Origin: a bacterium
GTDB taxonomy: Bacteria; Bdellovibrionota; UBA2428
Assembly: GCA_009991595.1 (NCBI GenBank)
Contig: JAACVK010000026.1
Span: 25,109 to 89,108 of the forward strand
DNA: 64,000 nt
Reading direction: 5' to 3'
The position numbers and the translations under genes are program-made. The notes below the pieces were generated by a model. It had not been told where the DNA came from, made no database searches, and saw only the letters and a program-made list of their open reading frames with translations. How positions within the stretch are numbered: the first letter of the stretch is position 1; every line of letters starts with the position of its first letter. Of this stretch, positions 10,267 to 20,055 are shown piece by piece.

Positions 10267-11346
10267 ATGACATTTGTAGATGAAGTGCGCATTCGTGTGC
10301 TTTCCGGTAACGGAGGCCCTGGATGTGTGCACTTCTTGCGTCAGGCACATAGACCTAAAATGGGTCCTGATGGCGGCGATGGTGGTCGAGGTGGAAGTGT
10401 TTACTTTCAAGCTACTCGAAACATGCAATCGCTTTTAGACTTCAGATTCAACCCAACCTACAAAGCACAGAGCGGTGAAAAAGGTAGGGGCACTCATAAA
10501 TGCGGAAAAGCGGGTGAGGACTTAATCCTAAAAGTTCCCCTTGGAACCACTATTTACGACTCAAACACCAATGAAGTTTTAGTGGATCTTGTTGAAGATG
10601 GGGTCCAAGTTCTATTGGCTCCAGGTGGTCGAGGTGGATTGGGAAACATGAATTTCGCTACGGCCACTCGTCAAGCTCCGGACTTTGCGCAACCGGGAGA
10701 AGCCGGAATTGAAAGAGAAGTTCGACTTGAGATTAAGCTCATGGCCGATGTTGGACTTTTAGGTTTTCCAAATGCAGGAAAAAGCACGACCATTTCAAAA
10801 TTGAGTGCCGCTAGACCAAAAATTGCAGACTATCCATTTACGACACTCACTCCACAGCTCGGAGTTGTTAAAACCAAATCAGATGCTTTCGTATTAGCTG
10901 ATATTCCAGGACTAATAGAAGGCGCTCACAAAGGAAAAGGTCTAGGTATAAAGTTTTTAAAACACCTAGAAAGGACACGTCTACTTCTGGTCCTCCTAGA
11001 TCCAGACCCGGTAAACGGCCGAACACTCACTCAACAATACGAAAGACTCATGGAAGAGCTCATGCAATTTTCCCAAGAGCTTGCAGAAAAACCTAAAGAA
11101 ATTGCCATCAACAAGATGGATGCTTTCGACGAAGAAGCACTAAAAGAACAAGACCTGGATGGATTAATTGAATTAGTTGGAAGAGAGTCTATTCACTTCG
11201 TGTCGGCAGTCAGCGGACTAAATACCGAAGCTCTGATTCAAGCCCTAGACAACAAATTGATAGCCATGGGAGCAAGAAACTGGAAGAACGAAGTTTCAAA
11301 CACCCTCACTCTAGGCAACCAGGAAATGTTTCGTGACGACGATTAA
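10267..11346 (+). CDS. obg: GTPase Obg/CgtA
   Basis: Obg-fold glycine-rich N-terminus 'FVDEVRIRVLSGNGGPGCVHFLRQAHRPKMGPDGGDGGRGGSVYFQAT'; G1 'GFPNAGKST', G3 'DIPGLIEGA'. Confidence 0.9.
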   Translation: MTFVDEVRIRVLSGNGGPGCVHFLRQAHRPKMGPDGGDGGRGGSVYFQATRNMQSLLDFRFNPTYKAQSGEKGRGTHKCGKAGEDLILKVPLGTTIYDSNTNEVLVDLVEDGVQVLLAPGGRGGLGNMNFATATRQAPDFAQPGEAGIEREVRLEIKLMADVGLLGFPNAGKSTTISKLSAARPKIADYPFTTLTPQLGVVKTKSDAFVLADIPGLIEGAHKGKGLGIKFLKHLERTRLLLVLLDPDPVNGRTLTQQYERLMEELMQFSQELAEKPKEIAINKMDAFDEEALKEQDLDGLIELVGRESIHFVSAVSGLNTEALIQALDNKLIAMGARNWKNEVSNTLTLGNQEMFRDDD

Positions 11347-11983
11347 GAGAAGTGTCTTTTTTGGAGGAAGTTTTGATCCCCCTCATGTCGGACACCTTGA
11401 AATGCTCCTTAGCCTAGCAAAAGATAGTTGGACCCAAAAAGTATTTGTCGTTCCAACTTCAGTAAACCCTTTAAAGACTCAACAAACAAACAACAATATT
11501 TGGTCTAACACAGAGCATCGCTCCAAATGGATTTCCAAAGTAATCGAAGAAGCTAAAGAGTCTTTAAACGAAAGTGATTTTAACAAAATCGAACTCTGTG
11601 ATTTGGAAATTTCTAAACCAAACTCCACAGCCTATACGGTCGAAACACTTTCTACATTGAGGAGCCAACATAAAGAAATCGACTCGTGGTCATTAGCAAT
11701 TGGCAGTGATTTATTGGAATCCCTCCCCCGCTGGAAAGAAGTGAACAGGCTTTTATCTCTGCTTGAAAGCGTTTGGGTGTTTCCTCGTGGAAAAGAGCAA
11801 AACATTGCTGCAATGATTCCAGCCGACTACCAAACCCTTTGCCCCTTTCGAATAATGGGCCAGAAGATCCCCGACGTAAGCTCTAGTGAGATAAGAATAA
11901 AGCTAGAAGATTCCAGCGGCGGTGCGTCGTGCAAGAATCTTCTACCCAGTCGAGTCCTCAGCAGTATTCAAGAATTGCTGTGA
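11333..11983 (+). CDS. nadD: Nicotinate-nucleotide adenylyltransferase
   Basis: 'VFFGGSFDPPHVGHLEM' (H/T)xGH nucleotidyltransferase motif; overlaps the obg stop. Confidence 0.8.
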   Translation: MTTIKRSVFFGGSFDPPHVGHLEMLLSLAKDSWTQKVFVVPTSVNPLKTQQTNNNIWSNTEHRSKWISKVIEEAKESLNESDFNKIELCDLEISKPNSTAYTVETLSTLRSQHKEIDSWSLAIGSDLLESLPRWKEVNRLLSLLESVWVFPRGKEQNIAAMIPADYQTLCPFRIMGQKIPDVSSSEIRIKLEDSSGGASCKNLLPSRVLSSIQELL

Positions 11984-11995
11984 TAAGCTAACTTC

Positions 11996-13372
11996 ATGCT
12001 AAACACTCGTCATCATTGGTTAAAGACCAGAAGTCTCTGGATTCTATTTTTAGCTCCTTTTTTAATGGCAGGATCATCAAAGCCTCCTCAGCAGTCCGGC
12101 CAATTCAAGCTAGTAAAGTCACACAAAGCTTTTGAGGGGCTGGAAGTTTTTGAGTTTCATCATTTAGACAACGGCTTAAAAGTTTTTCTTTCTCCAAAGA
12201 AAGGGAGTAACTCCATTGCCTACGTTACCGGATACGACGTTGGCAGTCGATTTGAAGAAAAGGGCCGCACTGGCTTAGCCCATTTATTCGAACACATGAT
12301 GTTTCGAGGAACAGAAACTTTTCCCGAGCCGTTTAAAACCTTAAGCGAATGGGGAGGCCAATACAATGCTTACACCAGCCGAGACATGACGGTTTACTAT
12401 CAAATAGTGCCCAACAAGTTACTCAACCAGGTTGCCCAACTTGAGTCAGAGAGAATGAGAAAGCTCCTCATCACCAAAGCTGGTTTCAATACCGAGAGAG
12501 GCGCAGTTGTTTCAGAGCGCAAAAAGAGTGTGTCTGACAATCCTTTTGGAAAGCTATGGTGGGAACTTTATCAACTAGCTTTTGACAAACATTCCTATAA
12601 AACTGGACCCATTGGCTGGCAAAAAGATTTGGATGCAACAAGCTTCGAAGACGCACTCCTTTTCTACAAAAGGTTTTACGCTCCTAATCGTGCCATCATC
12701 TCTATCGTAGGAGATTTTGAAATAAATAATGCACTTGAAACACTAAATAAATATTATGGTGCATTTAAGGCCCAAGACGTGAAGATCCCCAACATCCCTA
12801 TTGAGAAAACAGAACGTCCCGCCCGCAGAAAAGTTGTTTCCTTGAAAGCTGAGAAAGTCATTATGGCTGACGCGAGATTTAGCCCAAGCTCAAGCTCGCC
12901 CCACGCAGCCTCTGAACTATTACTCTGTGTTCTCCTTGCAGGTGGAGACAGTGGATATTTAAACTACGAATTAGTCGAAACAGGATTGGCCCAATCGGTC
13001 AGCTCAAGCTGCTATCCTAGTATAGAAACTGGCTTAAGCTCCATATTTGTGGTCGCAAACCCAGGAAAGTCCATCAAAGAAATTGAAAAAGCCTACGATT
13101 CCTCTTGGAAAGGATTTCCAGATTGGCTCACGGACGAGCGCATTGAATCGATTAAGCTTTATTTCACCTTGGAACAATTGAGCGCATTAAGGGACCCAAC
13201 AAATTTGGCAAAAGATTTTGTGAGTTCGGCCATCCTCAGCAGAGGAGACCCTCTGTATTCCTTTAAGCTAATGGATGCCGTTAAGCAGCTTAAGCGCAAA
13301 GATATTCTCGATCGTCTTTCACAATGGAAATCAATTGGTAAAACCAGAGTCTTTATTCAACCACGGAGCTAA
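11996..13372 (+). CDS. M16 family zinc peptidase (pitrilysin-like), active-site subunit
   Basis: Inverted zinc motif HxxEH in 'GLAHLFEHMMFRGTETF'; signal peptide. Confidence 0.75.
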   Translation: MLNTRHHWLKTRSLWILFLAPFLMAGSSKPPQQSGQFKLVKSHKAFEGLEVFEFHHLDNGLKVFLSPKKGSNSIAYVTGYDVGSRFEEKGRTGLAHLFEHMMFRGTETFPEPFKTLSEWGGQYNAYTSRDMTVYYQIVPNKLLNQVAQLESERMRKLLITKAGFNTERGAVVSERKKSVSDNPFGKLWWELYQLAFDKHSYKTGPIGWQKDLDATSFEDALLFYKRFYAPNRAIISIVGDFEINNALETLNKYYGAFKAQDVKIPNIPIEKTERPARRKVVSLKAEKVIMADARFSPSSSSPHAASELLLCVLLAGGDSGYLNYELVETGLAQSVSSSCYPSIETGLSSIFVVANPGKSIKEIEKAYDSSWKGFPDWLTDERIESIKLYFTLEQLSALRDPTNLAKDFVSSAILSRGDPLYSFKLMDAVKQLKRKDILDRLSQWKSIGKTRVFIQPRS

Positions 13373-13374
13373 AT

Positions 13375-14787
13375 ATGATAAAAAATAAAAAACTAATTCT
13401 TCCTTTGATCTTCTTTTCATTGTTCTCTTTTTCTTCTAACTCGAAAATCTACTTCGACCTAGAAGAGGAACCTCTCCCCATCGTGGATTTAACTGTCGTC
13501 CTACCTTTTGGACACCAAACTCTCACTGAAAAAGAGTCTGGGCTTTCTATGATGGCTCAAGAAATGCTAGCGGCCGGCACTCTAACCAAAGACAGACAAG
13601 CTTTTAACGATCAACTTGCAAAGTTTGGTGCTGAATATAGCTTTAGCGTAGGAAACCACTACTCCTATTGGTCGTTGAAACTTCCCTTCATAAAGGACAA
13701 AGACTACACTCCGCTGATCGCGCTATTAACTGAAAACTGGAATAGTCCTCGCTTTACGGACAAAGAATTCAAGCTTGCTTCGCTAAAGATAGAGGCCTCT
13801 TTTAAGTCGTCACTAGATAGTGATTCCTCTTTACTGAGCAGTGCTATGAAAAATTTCCTAAATAAAAAATATCTAGGTGGGCACCCCGCTTTTCTAGACA
13901 TTGTAAAGAAAAACGCTTCTCTAGAAGCCACTAAAGAGTTTTTTAATCAAAGAATAAAGTCGGTGAAAGATGTTTGGGTTGGAGCAGTCGCTCCCGATGA
14001 CAGTCAAGACCTTATGGAAAAAATTGTGGCCACAATATTCGCCAAGCAGGGATCAGTTAGGCGAAGCAAGCTCAAAGAGGCCCTACCAACAGGCGCAAAA
14101 CCAGAGGGCAACATCAAGCCAGAGAAAACATTCATTGTCGTCGATCGCGAAGGTCGGGAGCAGACTATTATGGGATTCATGGCCTTAAGCCCAGAGTCTT
14201 TGTCTCAGGGAAATGAGCTCGAGTTTTTCTTTGCGGACTATCTGCTCTTCTCTAATGGCCTCGATTCTTATTTTGCCTCGGTTATTCGTGGACAAAAGGG
14301 ACTCGCCTACGGAGCCAATAGCCTAGTGACTCAATATAGAGATCACAAAGTGTTAAGCCTTTTAACAAATCCTCAAGCATCAAAGATGGACGAAGCTTTT
14401 AAGACTGTAAGTGAATTGACTCAGACAACCTTGGAAAAGAGTGACAAGTTAAAAATCATCAACGATAAAAGGTGGAGCCGAGTTTTCAACAGCTTTCAAA
14501 ATCTAAAGGCGCTGGAGAACGGACTTCCCGGACAACGACTTGGCAACAGAATGGGTGTTGTGACGGGTTCACAAAGTTACAAAGTGGCCACTAGCGATCC
14601 CACTAATTGGAAAGTGAAAAGAGAGAACGTCGCTTCACTTTTAGAAGATCATTGGAAGAAATCAGCCATCGTTATTGGTGCCGTTGGTTCCTCCAAAGCA
14701 ATTCTACCCCTGCTCAAGAAATATTTTCCTGACTATAAAGTTAAGATTATTCCCTACAGAGATGTGATCTATTCAAAGGCTTATTGA
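13375..14787 (+). CDS. M16 family peptidase-like protein (no HxxEH motif; probable non-catalytic partner)
   Basis: 470 aa, signal peptide, M16-like length, starts 3 nt after the preceding M16 gene; no HxxEH found. Confidence 0.55.
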   Translation: MIKNKKLILPLIFFSLFSFSSNSKIYFDLEEEPLPIVDLTVVLPFGHQTLTEKESGLSMMAQEMLAAGTLTKDRQAFNDQLAKFGAEYSFSVGNHYSYWSLKLPFIKDKDYTPLIALLTENWNSPRFTDKEFKLASLKIEASFKSSLDSDSSLLSSAMKNFLNKKYLGGHPAFLDIVKKNASLEATKEFFNQRIKSVKDVWVGAVAPDDSQDLMEKIVATIFAKQGSVRRSKLKEALPTGAKPEGNIKPEKTFIVVDREGREQTIMGFMALSPESLSQGNELEFFFADYLLFSNGLDSYFASVIRGQKGLAYGANSLVTQYRDHKVLSLLTNPQASKMDEAFKTVSELTQTTLEKSDKLKIINDKRWSRVFNSFQNLKALENGLPGQRLGNRMGVVTGSQSYKVATSDPTNWKVKRENVASLLEDHWKKSAIVIGAVGSSKAILPLLKKYFPDYKVKIIPYRDVIYSKAY

Positions 14788-15150
14788 ATGAACCTTAAAT
14801 TAGCCTTGTTTGTATTTGCAGCGGGCGGGCTAGGTTCGGTTGCTCGATGGACAATTTCTCAGCTAACTACTTGGCCAAGTATTGGGGTTAACCTTATTGG
14901 ATCATTTTTAATGGGGCTTTGTTTTTCTTGGATGCTAAGCAGAGAATTAGAAAGCAGTTTTCAAAGCACCATTCTAATGGCAGGCTTTCTTGGAGGCTTC
15001 ACAACATTTTCAGCCTTCTCTCTTGAGCTTCTTAGCTTTGCCAAAGAGGGAGACTACCTTCGATTGTTTCAGTATGCAGCCCTCAGCGTTTGCTTGGGCC
15101 TAGCGGCCTGCATGGCTGGCTTTTACGCCCTTCGCATCCTTGAAAGATAA
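14788..15150 (+). CDS. crcB: Fluoride ion channel CrcB/FluC
   Basis: 120 aa with 4 TM segments; 'FAAGGLGSVARW' and 'GFLGGFTTFSAFS' CrcB motifs. Confidence 0.8.
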   Translation: MNLKLALFVFAAGGLGSVARWTISQLTTWPSIGVNLIGSFLMGLCFSWMLSRELESSFQSTILMAGFLGGFTTFSAFSLELLSFAKEGDYLRLFQYAALSVCLGLAACMAGFYALRILER

Positions 15151-15233
15151 GTGCTCAGACCCAATAAATACAGACACATACACTGGATATAAAGTTGAAT
15201 TAGCTTTAGACACCACGAGTCACATGCGCTAGC

Positions 15234-18200
15234 TTGCCCCACTCTATGTTTAAGGCCTATCTACCCAGAGAACTATACAGATGGAACGTTTCCATTTTTC
15301 TATCAGTATTTTTAATAACAAATCTCTTCTCAAGAAATCTTCAAGCTTCTGGAAAATGCGAGAAGCATGTTTATAGCTTCCAAGATTTAGCCCGAACAAG
15401 CCAACAAAGAATTCAACGGCTAGGCGAAAACTCAGATCAATCTATCGAGGCAACTCCGGCTCTCCTACTTTCAGCTCTTCCAGAAGGAGCTCGATACATT
15501 GAGAAGCCACTAAGCAAAGCCCCCAACCATCGTTACTATCGACAACTTGGCGTGGGAAAAGGCTACGTAGGAATCGATGTAGAGGTCGACTTTAAAGGCA
15601 GAAAACTTCGAACAAACGTGGGAGTGAGCCCGCAAGCTTTAGTGGACAACGTATGGAGGCACACTCGCAAAGAGAAAAAGTCACTTGTATCTGACTCCGC
15701 TCGAGCTGTTGTTGTATGGCTTCACGGAGGCGGAACCAATCTTAGTAGCTGGCAAAATGGTGCCAACGTTGCAAACTCTCTTGCCTCCAAGAACATTGAA
15801 GTTGTTTCCCTAGACTTTTTTGGGCACGGAAACGGACCACGAGATTTTTACCAAAATCCCGAAGACTACATTCGTTTTGTTTTAGAATTCATGAATCAAT
15901 ATGTAGCAGATTCCAAAGTTCCAGTGATTCTTGCAGGACACAGCATGGGCGGAATGATCTCTGACATAACCTCCCTGCTTTACCCCAAAGCACGCTTAGA
16001 AAAAGAGTATCCCAACCTAAACCTCCAAGCCATGGCCATGCTCTCGCCTCCGGCCGACCCAACACCCGGCAAAGCCTTTCACGAGCGATTCGATCACGAC
16101 AATGAAGCCAGAGAAGAAGACGAAACTGAAAAGCTCTTAACCGAGGCAAACAACATCAACCTACCCAGCCAGATGTATTTGCTAGCACTAGATTTTCTAC
16201 ATCGATGGGACTCTTCCCTGCTCTCAAGCGAGAAAGAAAGACTACCCATGTTCTTTGCCATGGGAACAGGAGACGAACTTTGGCAAGGAAAAGAAGAGCT
16301 TTTTGAAGCATTCGTTGCAGCAAGACCCAATATTAAAAGAGAATACTATCGACTTTATTCCACTGGTGTCGACTTCAACAACAAAGAGCTTACTCCCGGA
16401 CACATTATTCCAGCGGTCTTCTCATCAGAAAGACCTCGTCTTATCAATGAAGGCAAAGAGGCTCTTCGAGATCCAAGAGTTAACCATCCTGAAGTTTTTG
16501 TAGATCTCATGAACTTCATAGAGAATGAAGTCATTAAAGAGACATTCACCCCAGAGCTTGACCCAAATCAGAACATCAACAACACACTTTCTAGAATTAT
16601 AGATCTTTGGGGAAGTTCTTCCTTTTTCAGATCGTTCGTAGAGGTTTACGCTAAATCTAGCAAAAAGACCTCTAACCCAGGATTAGTTCGCCATCTTTCC
16701 AGAAGATCTGAGAGGATTGCTAACTTTGGTAAAATCTATTTCTCCACACTCACCACTGATTCCAAAGAAAACAAAAAGGAAAGAAGCGAAGTTGAAGGGT
16801 TTAGGCAATTAAAAGATCAACTAAAAACATGGACTTCAGGACAAATTGCAGCCACTCAAGAACTTCAAAAATGGTATCAAACTCTGCCAGAAGACGTTCG
16901 TGCCTCCTTTATTTTTGACTTCTTCAACAATCTTTTGGAGTTCAACTCCCCATTAAGTGATGATGCTCCTGTAAACCGAAACGACTTTTTTGGAGTGGTC
17001 GAAGTCCCCAACGACCTACCCGGTAGTAACGTGAAAATAGTTGAAGCTCTTTTGAACGAATCGGGTCCTCAATTGCTGAATTCACTTAGAGCTTCTTCCG
17101 ATCTCGCCAATGAAATGATCAGCGGCGATTACACTAATTCCGTCGATGAAAATGACTCGCGAATGGCAGAACGCAACAAAGCGCGAGAAGCCTTGGACGA
17201 CCTTAGCCAAAAACGAAACAATGTTTTGCTTGAGCTCGCCACTCTAAACTCAAGAAGAATTCAACTAGACCGAGTTTTCGTTGAGTTTACCCTCGCCGAG
17301 CTCTGGAATGCTCAAGACGAACTGGAGAACAACACCGAACTTAAAGCAAAACTTTTCGAGTCTCATGAGACAATAGACAGTATAGATAAAAGACTTTCTG
17401 AAACAGATGCAGCAACGAATTCAAAAGCACTTTCCGACGACCTGCTCCCCATCATTGATCTTCTTGTAGCAGAATACAAAGAATACGCCTTCCACAGCTT
17501 GATGGGCTACAAGGCTCGTTACAATCTCAGCGAACTTCATAGCCGTTTGCCAAAACTAAAAACCATGATTTTAGAAGGCAAGCGCCCTGAACAAATCGTT
17601 CGAGAGCTTAAAAAGATAAGCTCAGCGGCCCTTGAATTCTGCTCAGAAGCAAAAAGATTCTATGCAGACCTGGAGTCAAACAAAAAACGAAGCCGTGATC
17701 GATTAGATGAAGCTGAAGAAACCGTTAGCTCAAAACGATCCGCTGTTTTTGATGCAAGTCAAGAATTCTTTGATTATCGAGGCAAACTAGTCAGTGATTG
17801 GATTAGCAGCGGAGTGTTTGGAACAGAGCAACAGCCACAATACCCTCCTCGCTACAATCAACTCATTGAAAATTACCAACGAGCTCAAATCGACTTTCAA
17901 ATGGCCAAGCAGAATCGTGACAAGATTTTCCACGAAGAAGCTGCACTTGGAAATTTTGGCTCTTTGGTCGGATTTATCGCTAAAGATCTACAGCAAATCA
18001 ACAAGCGAATTAAGCAGCTAGAACGCAAAGAACTACATGATCTTGAGATAGATATTCAAAGAATTGCTCACTCTGTTACTGACCTTCAAAACTCCTTAGA
18101 TCAAGAATACTCAAAAGGTCTTTTCTTCTTTAGAGAAGTGAACATTCTTGAATTTCTCTCACAAGAACCGGTCATGCCTTTGGATATTTCCCCACTCCAA

Positions 18201-18272
18201 GACTTGTTATTTGGTTGGAGAAACATTTGGAGAGAAGTGCCAGAAGAAGCTCAGAATCTAGATGCTTATTAA
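15234..18272 (+). CDS. Large alpha/beta-hydrolase-fold protein with long C-terminal coiled-coil region (hypothetical)
   Basis: 1012 aa; N-terminal hydrophobic segment; 'VVVWLHGGGTN' and nucleophile elbow 'LAGHSMGGMI' (GxSxG); the C-terminal ~500 aa are heptad-like and rich in E/K/Q/L. Confidence 0.5.
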   Translation: MPHSMFKAYLPRELYRWNVSIFLSVFLITNLFSRNLQASGKCEKHVYSFQDLARTSQQRIQRLGENSDQSIEATPALLLSALPEGARYIEKPLSKAPNHRYYRQLGVGKGYVGIDVEVDFKGRKLRTNVGVSPQALVDNVWRHTRKEKKSLVSDSARAVVVWLHGGGTNLSSWQNGANVANSLASKNIEVVSLDFFGHGNGPRDFYQNPEDYIRFVLEFMNQYVADSKVPVILAGHSMGGMISDITSLLYPKARLEKEYPNLNLQAMAMLSPPADPTPGKAFHERFDHDNEAREEDETEKLLTEANNINLPSQMYLLALDFLHRWDSSLLSSEKERLPMFFAMGTGDELWQGKEELFEAFVAARPNIKREYYRLYSTGVDFNNKELTPGHIIPAVFSSERPRLINEGKEALRDPRVNHPEVFVDLMNFIENEVIKETFTPELDPNQNINNTLSRIIDLWGSSSFFRSFVEVYAKSSKKTSNPGLVRHLSRRSERIANFGKIYFSTLTTDSKENKKERSEVEGFRQLKDQLKTWTSGQIAATQELQKWYQTLPEDVRASFIFDFFNNLLEFNSPLSDDAPVNRNDFFGVVEVPNDLPGSNVKIVEALLNESGPQLLNSLRASSDLANEMISGDYTNSVDENDSRMAERNKAREALDDLSQKRNNVLLELATLNSRRIQLDRVFVEFTLAELWNAQDELENNTELKAKLFESHETIDSIDKRLSETDAATNSKALSDDLLPIIDLLVAEYKEYAFHSLMGYKARYNLSELHSRLPKLKTMILEGKRPEQIVRELKKISSAALEFCSEAKRFYADLESNKKRSRDRLDEAEETVSSKRSAVFDASQEFFDYRGKLVSDWISSGVFGTEQQPQYPPRYNQLIENYQRAQIDFQMAKQNRDKIFHEEAALGNFGSLVGFIAKDLQQINKRIKQLERKELHDLEIDIQRIAHSVTDLQNSLDQEYSKGLFFFREVNILEFLSQEPVMPLDISPLQDLLFGWRNIWREVPEEAQNLDAY

Positions 18273-18280
18273 TTAAGCAT

Positions 18281-18946
18281 CTAGATCAATTTTAATTGTT
18301 CGGGGGACTCAAGAACCTCTGGCCCGTCATTTTGAACGAAATTGACTCGAGTAGAAACCTCGGAAATCTTAAGCTCCTCTGATTTTACCGAATGCATTCG
18401 CTCCTTGGCCGTTGAAACATCTCCCATCACCCAATCACGACATTCTTCTTCACTTTTAAAGATCACGGGCATTCGATGATGCAAATTCTCAAGTGCAGAA
18501 TTGGCCTCGGTGGTCACAATGCAAAAAGTTGAATTTTCCCAAAGCGCGGCAAAGTAAAATAGCTTTAAATTCACAAATTCAATTTTATAGGGAATTCGTC
18601 TGTTGCCACGTTTTTCACGAGAGGCCCACTCAAAAAACGAGCTAGCTGGAACAACCGCCCTTCGCTCCTTGAAGGCAGATTTAAAGTAAGGTTTCGACGA
18701 CATCGTCTCACAACGCGCATTAATGGGCGGTGGAACTCTTCCATCTTCTTTGAGCCATTCTGGCTTCAACCCCCAGGTTAGGCTACGGAACTCAAATTGA
18801 TCACTTTGACCACCCACTAGAACTGGGCAGTTTTGCAAAGGAGCCATATTATAGCGGGGAGTCCAGCCGAAGCCATAAGGCACTGATATAAAAGATTTTT
18901 CCTCAAAGCTTTCAGCACCCAAAGCTAGAGAGTATCGCCCACACAT
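18281..18946 (-). CDS. SOS-response-associated peptidase (SRAP/YedK family), abasic-site processing protein
   Basis: Starts 'MCGRYSLA' (Cys2 nucleophile characteristic of SRAP); ~220 aa. Confidence 0.8.
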   Translation of the reverse strand: MCGRYSLALGAESFEEKSFISVPYGFGWTPRYNMAPLQNCPVLVGGQSDQFEFRSLTWGLKPEWLKEDGRVPPPINARCETMSSKPYFKSAFKERRAVVPASSFFEWASREKRGNRRIPYKIEFVNLKLFYFAALWENSTFCIVTTEANSALENLHHRMPVIFKSEEECRDWVMGDVSTAKERMHSVKSEELKISEVSTRVNFVQNDGPEVLESPEQLKLI

Positions 18947-19024
18947 ACTCATTATTAAAACCTATTTTGCTATTAAGGTAAAAGGTTCAGGACCCCGATA
19001 AAACGATAGGGGAGAAGTTTTTTT

Positions 19025-20035
19025 GTGAGTGAGTTGTATGTCCGCATCATTGAACGGAATATTCCGCTCGATGCTGACGGCAATATACTTGTCGATCTTT
19101 ATATTTTAATGCCCGCCTCCAGGCGCTATGTTCCCTTTGTTAAAGTCGGAGACCCCTACAGTAGCGACAAAAGAGCGCAGTTAAAGAGACACGTCTTACC
19201 TGACCTTTTCATACTCCCTTCCGAGCTCAACGAAGCTGTTAAAATTGCTGCCAATAAAGACAAACTAGAGTTTCACAAAGACGGTGAGTTTAAATATGAA
19301 GTGCTTGGAGTGGAGGCTGAAGACGAGCTTAAAGATATTTACAAAGCTCTCTTGCTTAATGAAGAGCAGGACCCTCAAGACCTTTTAAGCTCTCTTCAAA
19401 CTTCTTCAGACAAAATTCTCTCGATTGTTGCACCAGATTCTAAAGAACTGACTAAAATTTTTTTTAGCAACGCTAAATATATAAACCTTATGAATGACTC
19501 TGCGGCTGTCTCCTCTTTAGCCGTTATGTTCGCCTATGCTAATGGATTTGACTCTAAGAAATCATATTTGGAGTTAACTCAAGCTGCACTTGTAATGGAC
19601 GTTTCCCTAAGTCAAATTGATGAAGACTATCGAAGAAAGATGTATATGGAACCCGACTCTCTCCCTGACGAGATCAAAACCCTTATACACGAACATCCCA
19701 AAAAGTCTTTTCAACTCGTGCAACAGAAAGTCCCCAGCCTTTCTGAAGTCACAATGCAATTGATCCTCAACCACCATGAGCTTTTCAACGGAAAAGGCTT
19801 TCCCCGAGCCGTTAGAAGCGAATCACTCTTTCCTTTGGTTAAGATTCTTTCGCTGGCCGTGGATGTGCATCACCAGCTGAAGAAACATCAATACGAAGGA
19901 TCTCTCGTTGATTTATCTGAGATAGTGTTTAACATCCATCACAGTGACGTAGAAGCTCATCTTCGAAGACACAATAGAACTGTCACACAAAAGATTCTTG
20001 ATTTCTTTGACTCTCATCAAGCAGATGCAGCTTAA
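19025..20035 (+). CDS. HD-GYP-like domain protein with degenerate catalytic motifs
   Basis: 'LILNHHELFNGKGFP' resembles the HD-GYP 'HHExxDGxGYP' motif, but HD is replaced ('MDVS') and GYP reads GFP. Confidence 0.45.
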   Translation: MSELYVRIIERNIPLDADGNILVDLYILMPASRRYVPFVKVGDPYSSDKRAQLKRHVLPDLFILPSELNEAVKIAANKDKLEFHKDGEFKYEVLGVEAEDELKDIYKALLLNEEQDPQDLLSSLQTSSDKILSIVAPDSKELTKIFFSNAKYINLMNDSAAVSSLAVMFAYANGFDSKKSYLELTQAALVMDVSLSQIDEDYRRKMYMEPDSLPDEIKTLIHEHPKKSFQLVQQKVPSLSEVTMQLILNHHELFNGKGFPRAVRSESLFPLVKILSLAVDVHHQLKKHQYEGSLVDLSEIVFNIHHSDVEAHLRRHNRTVTQKILDFFDSHQADAA

Positions 20036-20055
20036 AAGCCCCCAAAGCTTAAAGT

